This document shows, in pieces, positions 1-10,472 of a DNA stretch of 64,000 nucleotides. This DNA is from an uncultured candidatus Porisulfidus sp. (lineage in GTDB: Bacteria > Pseudomonadota > Gammaproteobacteria > Poriferisulfidales > Poriferisulfidaceae). The notes under the pieces are model-generated. The model did not search any database. It was given only the letters and a program-made list of their open reading frames with translations, and was not told the origin of the DNA. Both the position numbers and the translations under genes were made by a program. The stretch lies in contig OZ220480.1 of NCBI GenBank assembly GCA_965116025.1, forward strand, positions 96,001 to 160,000, read 5' to 3'. Numbering within the stretch: the first letter of the stretch is position 1; each line of letters starts with the position of its first letter.

Positions 1-214
1 GAAACAGCCGCGCCCAGTGATGCGCGCCGCCGCAGGCCTCCAGCCCGACCCGACAGGGCGGCAGCTCCTCCGCGAAGCGTTCCAGCTGAGCCCGCGTGAA
101 GCGCCTCTCCAGCACGATCTTGCCGGCGCGCGTCATGCCGCAAGCGTGAAACGCCTGCTTGCCCAGGTCCACGCCCAGATGGGCGATGGCGAGTTGATGT
201 GGAGTCTGCTTCAT
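1..214 (-). CDS. IS110-family transposase, N-terminal part (runs off the window)
   Basis: My translation of the minus strand from ATG 214 (not in the ORF track): MKQTPHQLAIAHLGVDLGKQAFHACG...LPPCRVGLEACGGAHHWARLF. This matches the IS110/IS1111 DEDD RuvC-like N-terminus (GxDLxK...GxEACGxAHxWAR). Confidence 0.9.
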   Translation of the reverse strand, partial: MKQTPHQLAIAHLGVDLGKQAFHACGMTRAGKIVLERRFTRAQLERFAEELPPCRVGLEACGGAHHWARLF

Positions 215-301
215 AAGGGTCGTCCCGCTTTCGCGATGGGTTGGTCGTACGCTCATTGTGCCCGCTCAAGGCCAAGCAGGGAAGCGGGGCGAACCATCCC
301 A
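1..301 (-). mobile_element. IS110-family insertion sequence, left end
   Basis: Transposase start plus about 87 nt of non-coding leader beginning ATGGGATGGTTCGCCCC on the minus strand, abutting the stop codon of the neighbouring gene. The boundary is approximate. Confidence 0.7.
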
Positions 302-811
302 TCACAATAGCTTGGCACGGTACACAGGGGCCTGTGTTGCACGACGGCGTATCAACCAGAAAGGGCCAATCAACAGTCGATAAGTCCTTGACGCATACCA
401 AGTCTCCCGAAAACGCCAAAAAATGGCCCAGACTACTCTGGTGCTTATCGAAAGGTCTTCAAGGATACCGCCTGATACCTGCAACTCAAGATTATCACCG
501 TCGTTTAGCTGAAACATGTCTCGCAATCGGCAGGGAGCTATAATCTCAATAATATGCAATGGATGGCCCTTCGCGCGTGCGACCAAGCATCGCATTCCAC
601 CAATTTCACAGGCCCAGAAAAAGGCATTTTCTCCCAACATAAGCTCGACCAGAACCGGATTAAATCGGATCGGTTCATCCAGTGCCAAATTCAGGGTCCC
701 TCGCTCTGGATGCTTACCAAAAAATTTGATTAGGGGGGGGGGGGGGGGTCGCTTCGAGTAAGTGCCACGGCCACTGATCACGCGACCATGCAAAATCATG
801 AGATCAGGCAT
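302..811 (-). CDS. CTP-dependent (archaeal-type) riboflavin kinase-like domain protein (DUF120-like)
   Basis: Motifs LHGRVISGRG, RGTLNL and HIIEIIAPCRLRDMFQLNDGDNLELQV resemble the archaeal RFK pattern (GxVxSGxG...GTLN...EIIAPxxLR...LxDGD). Start uncertain (811, 799 or 910). Contains an in-frame C16 tract. Confidence 0.65.
   Translation of the reverse strand: MPDLMILHGRVISGRGTYSKRPPPPPLIKFFGKHPERGTLNLALDEPIRFNPVLVELMLGENAFFWACEIGGMRCLVARAKGHPLHIIEIIAPCRLRDMFQLNDGDNLELQVSGGILEDLSISTRVVWAIFWRFRETWYASRTYRLLIGPFWLIRRRATQAPVYRAKLL
733..748. repeat. G16 homopolymer (C16 on coding strand)
   Basis: Counted in the sequence. Encodes PPPPP and is currently in frame. Confidence 0.95.
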
Positions 812-857
812 GATGGAAATTCTGGAGGGGAGTGGGGAAAAAATAATATGGCAGGAA

Positions 858-1863
<1,006 letters not shown>

Positions 1864-2158
1864 TCTACTTTGCCTCGAAAATTGGCGGTTGGATCGTCCT
1901 GAAAACGTTGCACTTTCATATTGGTTCTTGCCGCATGGAAGCGCAAACGCGCACTGGACGGCATATCGCATGCGTCACATCTCTCGCAGTCAGCCAACAG
2001 GCCGCCAGCATCCAAGCGGAACAAGCCAATCCAGCCGTCCGATCCGGTAACGCTGATCTCCTTCATTTCAGGCACTCGACCCAGCTCATTGGAACGGGGC
2101 GCGATGAAATTATACTTGCCCTCCTTGCTACAATACGTGCCCCAGCTTCCGCACGTCT

Positions 2159-2578
2159 ATGGAGTTCCTGAAACCCCGCACGCTCAAGGCCCGCCAGAAC
2201 GTCCTTTCCCTTCTCTTGCCTTGCCTCGCGCCCGTTCAGGATGACCTCGGAAACGTCCCGGTTTCCATGCAGCGGGACTCCCGAGTCAATGGCGCGCTGA
2301 TCGGCCTGACTGAGCGCGTTTGCACTCATTTCGAGATCACTAGCCCCAGGCTCGTCGAGCGCGTGCTTTCCTCTGTCTTCGAGGAAGTCTACCGCCGCGA
2401 GGCGACCACCGTTCTGACGCGGTGCGACAAGTTGCGGAAAGACCCGGAGTCGGATTTGTTCCGCGCCTGTGCCGAAATTGGCTCGCTACGACCGGAAACT
2501 CCAGATCCGAACTGGGTGAGCGACCTGAACGGCTATATCCAAAACAACTACGAACGCCCGAACGCGCTAGCGCTTTGA
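2159..2578 (+). CDS. Hypothetical protein (139 aa)
   Basis: ORF with protein-like composition, preceded by a TACAAT -10-like box and 11 nt upstream of the next ORF. Confidence 0.65.
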   Translation: MEFLKPRTLKARQNVLSLLLPCLAPVQDDLGNVPVSMQRDSRVNGALIGLTERVCTHFEITSPRLVERVLSSVFEEVYRREATTVLTRCDKLRKDPESDLFRACAEIGSLRPETPDPNWVSDLNGYIQNNYERPNALAL

Positions 2579-2589
2579 TCCTCTGATTC

Positions 2590-3723
2590 ATGGATATCGC
2601 CCTGCATCGCTCATCCTCTGATATTGAGGAAGACCTGGAATACTACTTCAGCGAGCGGCGTGACAAGCACGACCAGATCCGCCCATCGGATGACATACGG
2701 TGTCTCACCACGGATTCCTGGAATTCCAGCGGATTGCCTAATAAAACCGAGATGATCGCCAACGCGTTTTATCCTTTCCCGCCATTCTCGCTGGAGCGAA
2801 TCTTCATCGGCATTAGCTTTCCTCTGTTCTCCAACAACTGGGGAGCCGCGTTCCTGCGATATCTGCTAAGCTTGATAGGGTCCAGCGGTTCCGTCATCCT
2901 TCCCGTCTATCCAGAAGCGCAGGCGCGCGACCAAGGCTTGTGGTGCCGAAGCTCCTTGGAAAGCGTATTTCGCAGCCGCTCTCGTTTCATCGGCGCCAGC
3001 AACATCTGGGCGGAAAATGACGGGGTCATGTCCATGCGCGTCGGCCGTCGCTGGCCCCCTGTCATTTCAAGCACGGCCCGGTGGGTTTTTGAGCAAGCTC
3101 CGCGCTTCGCTACCGCTTTGGGACTCTCGGAAAGCGCGGAAGATATCCGAAAGTTCTGGAAATCCGAAACTCAACGTCTCTGGCGTCTTGGTCGCTACCA
3201 TGCCGTAATCGAGCAAATCATTCGAGACCGACATGGCCCGCGACGACCGGTCACCCTGATGGCGCTCGGCGAGGATTCCGGAATTCTCGCGCTTGAATGC
3301 CTTTTTAGCCCTTACACCCGCGTCACCCAGGCCTATGCAGCCAGCCCCATCGAATCCCGTGAAGAACTACGCGCCTTAGATCAATCTTGCTCGACCGGAG
3401 CGCACGGCCCTCTGGAGCGTCTGCACCAGGCCAAAATCAAGGAAACATGCGACGTGCTGTGCGTCACCAATCCGGCCGCGATGCCTTATCTGGAAACCAG
3501 CCAGCTTGCCAACGGCGGCACCCTGATACTAACGCCCGAGTGTGCCAAAACTGGGCTGGAGATTAGTTCGGGATTTGGCGCGCCGGAATTTTATTCGGAC
3601 AAGATCGCGCGACGACTTCACCGGAGCGTTCCCATCTACCATTACTCCGAGCGGATCGAGAAAGAGATCGATCAGCAAATCGAATCGCGCCAAAACGCGT
3701 TCGCGGTTTTCCGCAAGACCTAA
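2590..3723 (+). CDS. Hypothetical protein (377 aa), possibly with a degenerate SAM-methyltransferase-like fold
   Basis: Long ORF. The segment LMALGEDSGILAL...CDVLCV...LANGGTLILT loosely resembles class I MTase topology. Confidence 0.7.
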   Translation: MDIALHRSSSDIEEDLEYYFSERRDKHDQIRPSDDIRCLTTDSWNSSGLPNKTEMIANAFYPFPPFSLERIFIGISFPLFSNNWGAAFLRYLLSLIGSSGSVILPVYPEAQARDQGLWCRSSLESVFRSRSRFIGASNIWAENDGVMSMRVGRRWPPVISSTARWVFEQAPRFATALGLSESAEDIRKFWKSETQRLWRLGRYHAVIEQIIRDRHGPRRPVTLMALGEDSGILALECLFSPYTRVTQAYAASPIESREELRALDQSCSTGAHGPLERLHQAKIKETCDVLCVTNPAAMPYLETSQLANGGTLILTPECAKTGLEISSGFGAPEFYSDKIARRLHRSVPIYHYSERIEKEIDQQIESRQNAFAVFRKT

Positions 3724-3947
3724 AGCCACTGCCAAATCGCGCCCGCGATGACCGTGACACCGGCCACGAGAATTCCTGCGTTCATGAGCGCCGCCCTCAA
3801 ACTCGCGTCTTTCCGCCCTTTCATCAGCTTCCCGACCTCATGGATCAGCATGTTTCCGCTGACCAAGGCGGGAAGAGCCACCAGCGCGGCAAAGAAGGTC
3901 ACGCCATAACGATACTGCGGCAGGCTCATGATCCAGTCCCAGTCCAT
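3720..3947 (-). CDS. Small membrane protein (2 predicted TM helices)
   Basis: MDWDWIMSLPQYRYGVTFFAALVALPALV...ILVAGVTVIAGAIWQWL; two hydrophobic stretches. Confidence 0.6.
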   Translation of the reverse strand: MDWDWIMSLPQYRYGVTFFAALVALPALVSGNMLIHEVGKLMKGRKDASLRAALMNAGILVAGVTVIAGAIWQWL

Positions 3948-5901
3948 TCGGTCTTCCGATTTCTCCCCATCTCGCGGACAGTATACGGGCTGGTCACTAG
4001 CACTCGCGATCTCGCTCATCCTATCCGCTTCGGTCGTTACCGCCGAACCTGAAAACCACGAACTAGCGACCCAGCGAACGATCTACAGCCAAGCCCTGAA
4101 GGCCTTGCGAGAAGGAAAGACGCGGCAATTTCAGAACTTGCGCGAGCGACTTGGCGACTATCCACTGGTCGCCCACCTCAATTACCATTATCTGGTCGCG
4201 CGCCGAAGCGGCTCGCGCGATACCGAGATCGCCAAATTCATCGCTGAGCACGAGGGATCCCACCTGAGCCGCCGGATGAGCAGGGCCTGGTCGCGTTCTC
4301 TGTTCCAGCGCCGCCAATACGCCAAACTGATCGATGCCTACCAAGAACACGGCGATGTCAGCCTTCAGTGCCTGTACGTCCGTTCCCACATCCGACTCAA
4401 GAGACCAACCAAAGAACTCAAGCCACTGATTCGCTCAGTCTGGCTACATGGGAAATCCCGCCCCAAAATCTGTGATCCTCTGCTGATGTGGTTCCGCCAC
4501 AACGGGATGACCCGGGATCTGGTCTGGCAACGCGTCCGGCTAAGTGTAGAGGGTGGCAACACCCGAATGGCCCGCTATCTCAAGCGCTTTCTGCCCAAAA
4601 AAGATCGCGCTTGGGTAGATCTGCTGATTCGGGTCCACCGGAACCCAAAGCGCTACCTGAGGGATCGCCGCCTGAAGTCCTCTCACCCCTATGCAAGCCA
4701 GATCGTCTCGCATGGCATCACGCGGCGAGCGCGCAAGAGCCCCGACGCCGCCCACGAATGGCTCCAGGGATTCCAAAAGGCCAAGGCGATCAGCCTGAGA
4801 CAGTATCAGGTTCTCCGCTATCGAATCGCTCTGGAAGCCGCCAGCGACGGATTGCCGATCGCCCGCGAGCTCATGGATTCCACCCCTCCGTATGTGCGCG
4901 ACGACGCGTTCCGGCACATGCGCCTGCGACTAGCCTTGCGCGAAAGAGACTGGCCACGAATTCTGGAAGCCGCCAAAGACTTACCGAATTCCTATCCGTA
5001 CGACCAGATGGGCCCGTATTGGCAAGCGCGCGCCCTGAAGCGCCTTGGTCGCAACGCTGAAAGCACCGAGCTGTTTCAGCGAATTTCCCGGAATCGTGGC
5101 TACTATGGATTTCTGGCGGCTGAGCGAATCAACCGACCGCATTTCCTGAACCACGCGCCAGTTCCATTGGGAAGCGAGCCTGCGGAACCGCTTCCCGCGA
5201 TAGCTCGCGCCCGCGAGTTCTACCACCACGGAAGTATCATGAACGCGCGCGAAGAATGGCGTGACCTTCTGACTCAAGGCGACAAGGAGCTCCTCAACAG
5301 CGCGGCGGTCGCCGCCAACCGCTGGGGATGGCACGAAGGTGCCATTCACGCGTTTGGAAAAAGCCGCTACCTAGACGATCTCAAGCGCCGCTTCCCGCCG
5401 GCTTACTCCGATCTATTCGAGAAGGAAGGCCGCCGCAATGGAGTCGATCCCTCTCTGCTGATGGCCATCTCGCGTCGGGAGAGCGCGTTCGCGCCCGATA
5501 CCCGCTCCCCGGCCGGAGCCGTCGGCCTGATGCAGTTGATGCCCGGAACCGCGCGGCAGGTCGCCCGGTCTCTAAAGATCAAGCGCCCTCGAACGCAATC
5601 TCTCAAGAAGCCCGCCCTGAACATCCGCCTCGGTGCCCGCTATATCGCGGAGATGCTCGCGCACTATGATGGCAATCCCGCCATGGCCCTAGCCGCCTAC
5701 AATGCCGGACCCGCGGCCGTGGACCGCTGGCGACCCGAGGTCGAGATGGACGCGGATATCTGGATCGACACCATACCGTTTAGGGAAACCCGCCAATACG
5801 TGCGAATCGTTCTGGAGTACGTCTCGATCTACCAATGGCGAGCCGGCCGACCCACCTCGCCGATATGGCCGCGGATCCAGCCGGTCCGTCCGGCTTCCTG
5901 A
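3928..5901 (+). CDS. slt: Soluble lytic murein transglycosylase Slt70-like
   Basis: Signal-peptide-like N-terminus. C-terminal SLT domain with RRESAF, AVGLMQLMPGTA, AYNAGP and IPFRETRQYV. Confidence 0.93.
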   Translation: MIQSQSIRSSDFSPSRGQYTGWSLALAISLILSASVVTAEPENHELATQRTIYSQALKALREGKTRQFQNLRERLGDYPLVAHLNYHYLVARRSGSRDTEIAKFIAEHEGSHLSRRMSRAWSRSLFQRRQYAKLIDAYQEHGDVSLQCLYVRSHIRLKRPTKELKPLIRSVWLHGKSRPKICDPLLMWFRHNGMTRDLVWQRVRLSVEGGNTRMARYLKRFLPKKDRAWVDLLIRVHRNPKRYLRDRRLKSSHPYASQIVSHGITRRARKSPDAAHEWLQGFQKAKAISLRQYQVLRYRIALEAASDGLPIARELMDSTPPYVRDDAFRHMRLRLALRERDWPRILEAAKDLPNSYPYDQMGPYWQARALKRLGRNAESTELFQRISRNRGYYGFLAAERINRPHFLNHAPVPLGSEPAEPLPAIARAREFYHHGSIMNAREEWRDLLTQGDKELLNSAAVAANRWGWHEGAIHAFGKSRYLDDLKRRFPPAYSDLFEKEGRRNGVDPSLLMAISRRESAFAPDTRSPAGAVGLMQLMPGTARQVARSLKIKRPRTQSLKKPALNIRLGARYIAEMLAHYDGNPAMALAAYNAGPAAVDRWRPEVEMDADIWIDTIPFRETRQYVRIVLEYVSIYQWRAGRPTSPIWPRIQPVRPAS

Positions 5902-5908
5902 GTTCGCT

Positions 5909-7183
5909 TCAGCCTCTCGCCGCCCGAAGAGCCTGGTCGATGTCTTCAAGGATGTCGTCGATATGCTCAATGCCGATCGACAAGCGCACCATGTCCGGGG
6001 TCACCCCGGCCGCTTTCATGGACGCGTCGTCCAACTGGCGGTGGGTCGTGGTCGCCGGGTGGCAAGCCAGCGATTTGGCATCCCCGATGTTGACCAGCCG
6101 GACGATCAAATCCAGGGCATCAATGAACCGTCCACCCGCTTCCGCTCCGCCCTTGATCCCGAAACTCATGATGGACGATGCCTCGCCGCCCATATAACGT
6201 CGCGCCCGATCATGGTGCGGGTGATCTTCAAGGCCCGCGTACCGCACCCAAGCCACCTGGCCGTGCCCCTGCAGGAACTCGGCCACTTTCCTCGCGTTCT
6301 CGCAATGCCGCGCCATACGCAACGGCAAGGTCTCAATGCCCTGCAAAATAAGAAAACTGTTGAACGGCGACAGCGCCGCGCCCATGTTCCGCAAGGGAAT
6401 CACTCGCACCCGCGTAATGTAGGCGGTCGCGCCGAGATCAGTGTAGACCACCCCGTGATAGGACGCGTCCGGCTCGCTCATCATGGGAAACCGGTCGGCA
6501 TGGTCGGCCCAAGGGAAATTCCCCGAGTCCACGACGATCCCGCCAATCGACGTGCCGTGCCCTCCCATATATTTGGTCAGGGAATGAATCACGATGTCGG
6601 CCCCGAACTCGAAAGGCCGGCATAACGCCGGGGTTGGCACGGTATTGTCCACCACCAGAGGCAACCCATGCGCATGCGCCAGATCGGCGAGCGGCGCCAG
6701 ATCCGCGACGTTGCCCAGCGGATTCCCGATCGTCTCGCAAAACACCAATCGCGTGCGGTCATCCACGCTCGCCTCCAAGGCCGCCAGATCATCTGGATCC
6801 ACGAAACGGACCTCAATCCCGAGTCTCGGCAGGGCATGCGCGAACAGGTTGTAGGTGCCACCGTACAGGGTGTGCGTGGAAACGATGTTGTCCCCGCTAC
6901 CCGCGATGGCGAAAATCGCGTTGGTGATGGCCGCCATGCCGGACGCCTGGCCTAACGCGCCAACGCCCCCCTCCATATCGGCGACGCGCTTTTCCAACAC
7001 CGCCGTGGTCGGATTCATGATGCGCGTGTAGATATTGCCCTCAACCTTGAGGTCGAACAGGTCCGCCCCGTGCCGCGTATCGTCGAACGCGTACGACGTG
7101 GTCTGGTAGATCGGAACGGCCACCGCCTTGGTGGTGGCTTCCGGATCGTAGCCGCCATGCACGGCCAAGGTTTCCATTTTCAT
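5909..7183 (-). CDS. metY: O-acetylhomoserine aminocarboxypropyltransferase (sulfhydrylase)
   Basis: PIYQTTSYAF, GNIYTRIMNPT, HSLTKYMGGHG (PLP lysine), NIGDAKSLACHPATTTH. Confidence 0.93.
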   Translation of the reverse strand: MKMETLAVHGGYDPEATTKAVAVPIYQTTSYAFDDTRHGADLFDLKVEGNIYTRIMNPTTAVLEKRVADMEGGVGALGQASGMAAITNAIFAIAGSGDNIVSTHTLYGGTYNLFAHALPRLGIEVRFVDPDDLAALEASVDDRTRLVFCETIGNPLGNVADLAPLADLAHAHGLPLVVDNTVPTPALCRPFEFGADIVIHSLTKYMGGHGTSIGGIVVDSGNFPWADHADRFPMMSEPDASYHGVVYTDLGATAYITRVRVIPLRNMGAALSPFNSFLILQGIETLPLRMARHCENARKVAEFLQGHGQVAWVRYAGLEDHPHHDRARRYMGGEASSIMSFGIKGGAEAGGRFIDALDLIVRLVNIGDAKSLACHPATTTHRQLDDASMKAAGVTPDMVRLSIGIEHIDDILEDIDQALRAARG

Positions 7184-7364
7184 GCGCGGTATCCTTTATT
7201 CAAAGTCGATATGGTGGTCATAGGGCTGGAATGGCGGGAATCATCCGGCGGAAACGCGTGACGCGGGCGAGGCTTCCGTCAAGCGTCTCGCGCCGCTAAA
7301 AAGATCCCTGCAGCGCGCGTTTTTCTCTTGGGCAGAGATTAAGCGTTTCGCACGCATCGACATT

Positions 7365-7715
7365 TCACTGGCTGAATGCGCGCATGATCCGATGCGCCCA
7401 CGCTTCGCCTCTCAAAAAATCGCTTTCGATCATTTTGGGCATATCCCGGAAAGTGATACGCGACGCTCGCCTACGACATCCTCCAGGAGAGCGTTCGTAG
7501 CCAATCACCCATTGAAAGATGCTACCGACTATCATGCGGGCGGCATCGCGCTCGGAAACCTCCGTCAAGGGAATAATCGCCTCTTGACTCTCATGGGATA
7601 ACCCCTCTGTCAGATCCACCAAACGCGCGACAAACTCCTCCTCCTCGATCTGGACAACACGCCCTTCCCATTCCTGCAGCACATGAAAGTTAGTCATGTG
7701 GAATTTGAGTTCCAC
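7365..7715 (-). CDS. Hypothetical protein, possibly the 3' part of a nonsense-interrupted gene (7365-7916)
   Basis: LQEWEGRVVQIEEEEFVARLVDL...FQWVIGYE looks like a folded domain. The upstream ORF 7716-7916 is in the same frame, separated by a single TAG. Confidence 0.55.
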   Translation of the reverse strand: MELKFHMTNFHVLQEWEGRVVQIEEEEFVARLVDLTEGLSHESQEAIIPLTEVSERDAARMIVGSIFQWVIGYERSPGGCRRRASRITFRDMPKMIESDFLRGEAWAHRIMRAFSQ

Positions 7716-8016
7716 CTAGTGGCAGAAGACTTGTGGGCATCGCGAAGACTCTCTTTCGAGCGCGGTTTTTCGAATGTTTCGGCTGATTCCCAGTGGCTCA
7801 TTCCCAATACCCGAATACCCGAACTCAATGATAAAGAGAGGCCCCAGGTTAGTACCAAATCTTACCGAAGGAGTTCGTTGAAATGGAAGCATCTCACTCA
7901 CTGGGTGAAGGAACAACGCCCCGCCAGAAGATTCATCATACGAGTCTTACGAGACAACCTGACAAAACCGACATCGGAATTAGCGGCACCACATGATGCG
8001 GTATCGCTAATATCCC

Positions 8017-8322
8017 CTATTTGCGGATCTGCCGCTTGATGTCTTCGGCAATATCCTTTCTGTGCTGCGCCAGTTGCTTCTGCATATTCTCGTTAGTGGT
8101 ATTCGTGGACTGGTCGATTTTGTTCTCCAGCCGCTCTTCCACTTGGCTAATAAGAGAAGCATTGTTCTCCTGAGTAATTTTCGTGGACCGGTCGATTTTG
8201 CTCTCCAGTCGCCCTTCTACTTGGCCAATAAGAGAAAAAGCGTTCTCTTGCGTTTCCACAAAAACTTGCCGGATGGCCTTAGCCAGCAAATCCGCGCTCC
8301 CGTTCATTTTATTTTGATCCAT
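8017..8322 (-). CDS. Small coiled-coil protein with an internal 26-aa duplication
   Basis: ENAFSLIGQVEGRLESKIDRSTKITQ followed by ENNASLISQVEERLENKIDQSTNTTN. Confidence 0.65.
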   Translation of the reverse strand: MDQNKMNGSADLLAKAIRQVFVETQENAFSLIGQVEGRLESKIDRSTKITQENNASLISQVEERLENKIDQSTNTTNENMQKQLAQHRKDIAEDIKRQIRK

Positions 8323-8572
8323 GGCCGATTGTCCCCAGTTTCGTCAATTTTTTCGAAATTCCTTCAGAGACTCGGGAGCGGTATTGTACTCCTCGCTAAA
8401 TCGCTAGCCTGAAATTTCCAAAAGGTCCGAAATTGATCCCCCCGATTTCGAGCTGATGAAGCGGCGGGGATATCTCCAATTAGCGCTAGGTTTTACCGAA
8501 AAGGCATTCGGTAAAATGGAGACGCTTCACTCATTGAGTGAAGGAACGACAACTCACCAGAAGCGCAATCAC

Positions 8573-9091
8573 ATGTCGGATTTCTCCTCTCCGGTCCAGA
8601 CCAGAGCGGACGAACTCGATCAGACTGGTCCCGGAAACGCCCGGCTGTTGTCTCCGGTAGATTCGCGCCTTCCTGAACTTCTAGCCAACGCGACGCATGA
8701 GAGTTTTGAGGTCGGCATGAACAGCCGATTTTCGGATGGATTGCAGCAGCTGTCCCTGATCGCCATGCCAGATCTGCTGGAGGCGTTGCATGCCCAATTC
8801 TCAAAACATTCCATATCCCCACAGATTCTTTCCGAAATACTATGGTGGGCTTCTCGGCAGAGCAGGGACGAATGGCGCCGCGAAATTCTCCAAATAATGT
8901 GGAGCGGATTTTCGCACGAATCGAGTCTAGTCCGCGATACGACCGCTCTCGCTCTAGCGGACTTTGATGAGGCCACCGCTCGCGCGCATCTACCCCTCGC
9001 GATTGAGCGAGAACAAGAGCTTCCGCTCAAGGCCGATATGCGGAGCCTACTTCGGTCGCTGATGCCTGATGACCAGCCAAAGGCGAGATGA
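8573..9091 (+). CDS. Hypothetical HEAT-repeat-like helical protein
   Basis: C-terminal HESSLVRDTTALALADFDEATARAHLPLAIERE resembles a HEAT/PBS-lyase repeat. Start uncertain. Confidence 0.55.
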   Translation: MSDFSSPVQTRADELDQTGPGNARLLSPVDSRLPELLANATHESFEVGMNSRFSDGLQQLSLIAMPDLLEALHAQFSKHSISPQILSEILWWASRQSRDEWRREILQIMWSGFSHESSLVRDTTALALADFDEATARAHLPLAIEREQELPLKADMRSLLRSLMPDDQPKAR

Positions 9092-9106
9092 TCAAGGGAA
9101 GTTGCT

Positions 9107-9622
9107 ATGTTCGATAGCATTGCGAGGCAGGCAACCCCACCTATATCTCCTCGGAAACAAAATGAGATTCTCGCGTTCACGGAACGGGAACAGATAGATC
9201 TTTCCGAAATTCTTTCACACTACGAAAAAACCCTTGACGATTTGAACTGCGAGCGCTCGCGCGAAGAGGTTTGGTCTGGTAGCGAGCCTCACTCTCCAGA
9301 TGATTTCAGAGGTGCCCAAAGCCAGGATACCAATGGTCAGTGTTTTCCCGGTGACCAACTCGGGCAGATAGACAGGTTATCCCCTCGGTCAAAGAAGATG
9401 ATAGCGAGTGGGACAAATAGCGGAAGACGCTTACATTCGCATCCTGAAATATCAAGAACGCTCAGTGTGAGAGAGCGCGCGCGGTTGCGAGCTTTCCGAG
9501 ATAACCACGCTTTCGGTGATCCAACAGCCCGGCAGCTTACCCAAATAGGCAACGCGGTTCCTCTTGCGCTCACCGCGCGACTCGGACCGTCTCTCGCCTA
9601 TTCCGTTTTTGGCGTGGACTAA
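9107..9622 (+). pseudogene. C-terminal remnant of a C5 cytosine DNA methyltransferase
   Basis: HPEISRTLSVRERARLRAF...QIGNAVP matches motifs IX-X. No motif I or catalytic PC motif is present. Confidence 0.75.
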
Positions 9623-9652
9623 CCGAGGAAGCCTCCGCCAAGGCCATTTTTT

Positions 9653-10435
9653 ATGTCCCCGCTACTGCCCACCGCCCCCTTCGCCCTGTATCTGCTCGCC
9701 CTCGCGGGCATCCTGTCGGAAAAATTAAGCCGAGGCGCCACGGCCGCTGCTTGGGCCACGGGTTGCGGCCTGCATGCCTGGATCCTGTTCAACCCCACCG
9801 TGATTGGAAACGGCTTCTCGTTCACGTTCTTCAACGCCATGGCATTGACCGCGTTGCTAATCAACGCGCTGGTGTTCGCTTGGGCCATGTTTCAGCCAAC
9901 TTGGCACTTGGGCCTGATCACTCTTCCGTGCGCTCTCGCCGCCGTCTGGATCGAGCCGGCCGCGAGCGCGCAAAACCCCAGCCTCGCATGGAACGTCAAC
10001 GCCCACATCATGATCTCGCTGCTGGCCTACGGCACGCTGACGCTGGCCGGGGCCCAAGCCTTGATGTTGCTACTGAAAGAACGCCAACTCAGATCCCGCC
10101 GCCTGGCCGACCGGATTTCCAGTCGATTGCCGCCATTGGACCGAATGGAATCGTTGCTGATGAAGATCATCGCGCTGGGCCTGATCCTACTTTCGGTCGG
10201 GCTCGCGGTCGGAGGAAGCGCGATGTCCGAGCCATTCAGCCCTGGCATCATGCATAAAATCGTATTTTCCGCCTTAGCGTGGATCACGCTCGTCGCGCTC
10301 TTGTGGGGACACTGGCAATTTGGCTGGCGAGGCCGGCTGGCCGCCAGCATGACCTTGGCGAGTCTGGCGTTCCTGGTCTTGGGCTTTCTCGGCACCAAAC
10401 TGGTGCTGGAGGTCATCTTGAACCGGCCGGTCTAG
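9653..10435 (+). CDS. Cytochrome c assembly family inner membrane protein (CcsA/YpjD)
   Basis: Multiple TM helices, with AHIMISLLAYG, LPPLDRME, HKIVFS, GWRGR and GTKLVLE. Confidence 0.88.
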   Translation: MSPLLPTAPFALYLLALAGILSEKLSRGATAAAWATGCGLHAWILFNPTVIGNGFSFTFFNAMALTALLINALVFAWAMFQPTWHLGLITLPCALAAVWIEPAASAQNPSLAWNVNAHIMISLLAYGTLTLAGAQALMLLLKERQLRSRRLADRISSRLPPLDRMESLLMKIIALGLILLSVGLAVGGSAMSEPFSPGIMHKIVFSALAWITLVALLWGHWQFGWRGRLAASMTLASLAFLVLGFLGTKLVLEVILNRPV

Positions 10436-10472
10436 CCGGAGCCCTCCAGCGACTGAAAACCCGGAGCCGAGA

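Noticed and set aside
7184-7364. SAM or SAH riboswitch upstream of metY
   Set aside because: I could not match the conserved motifs by eye. An Rfam/Infernal scan would be needed.
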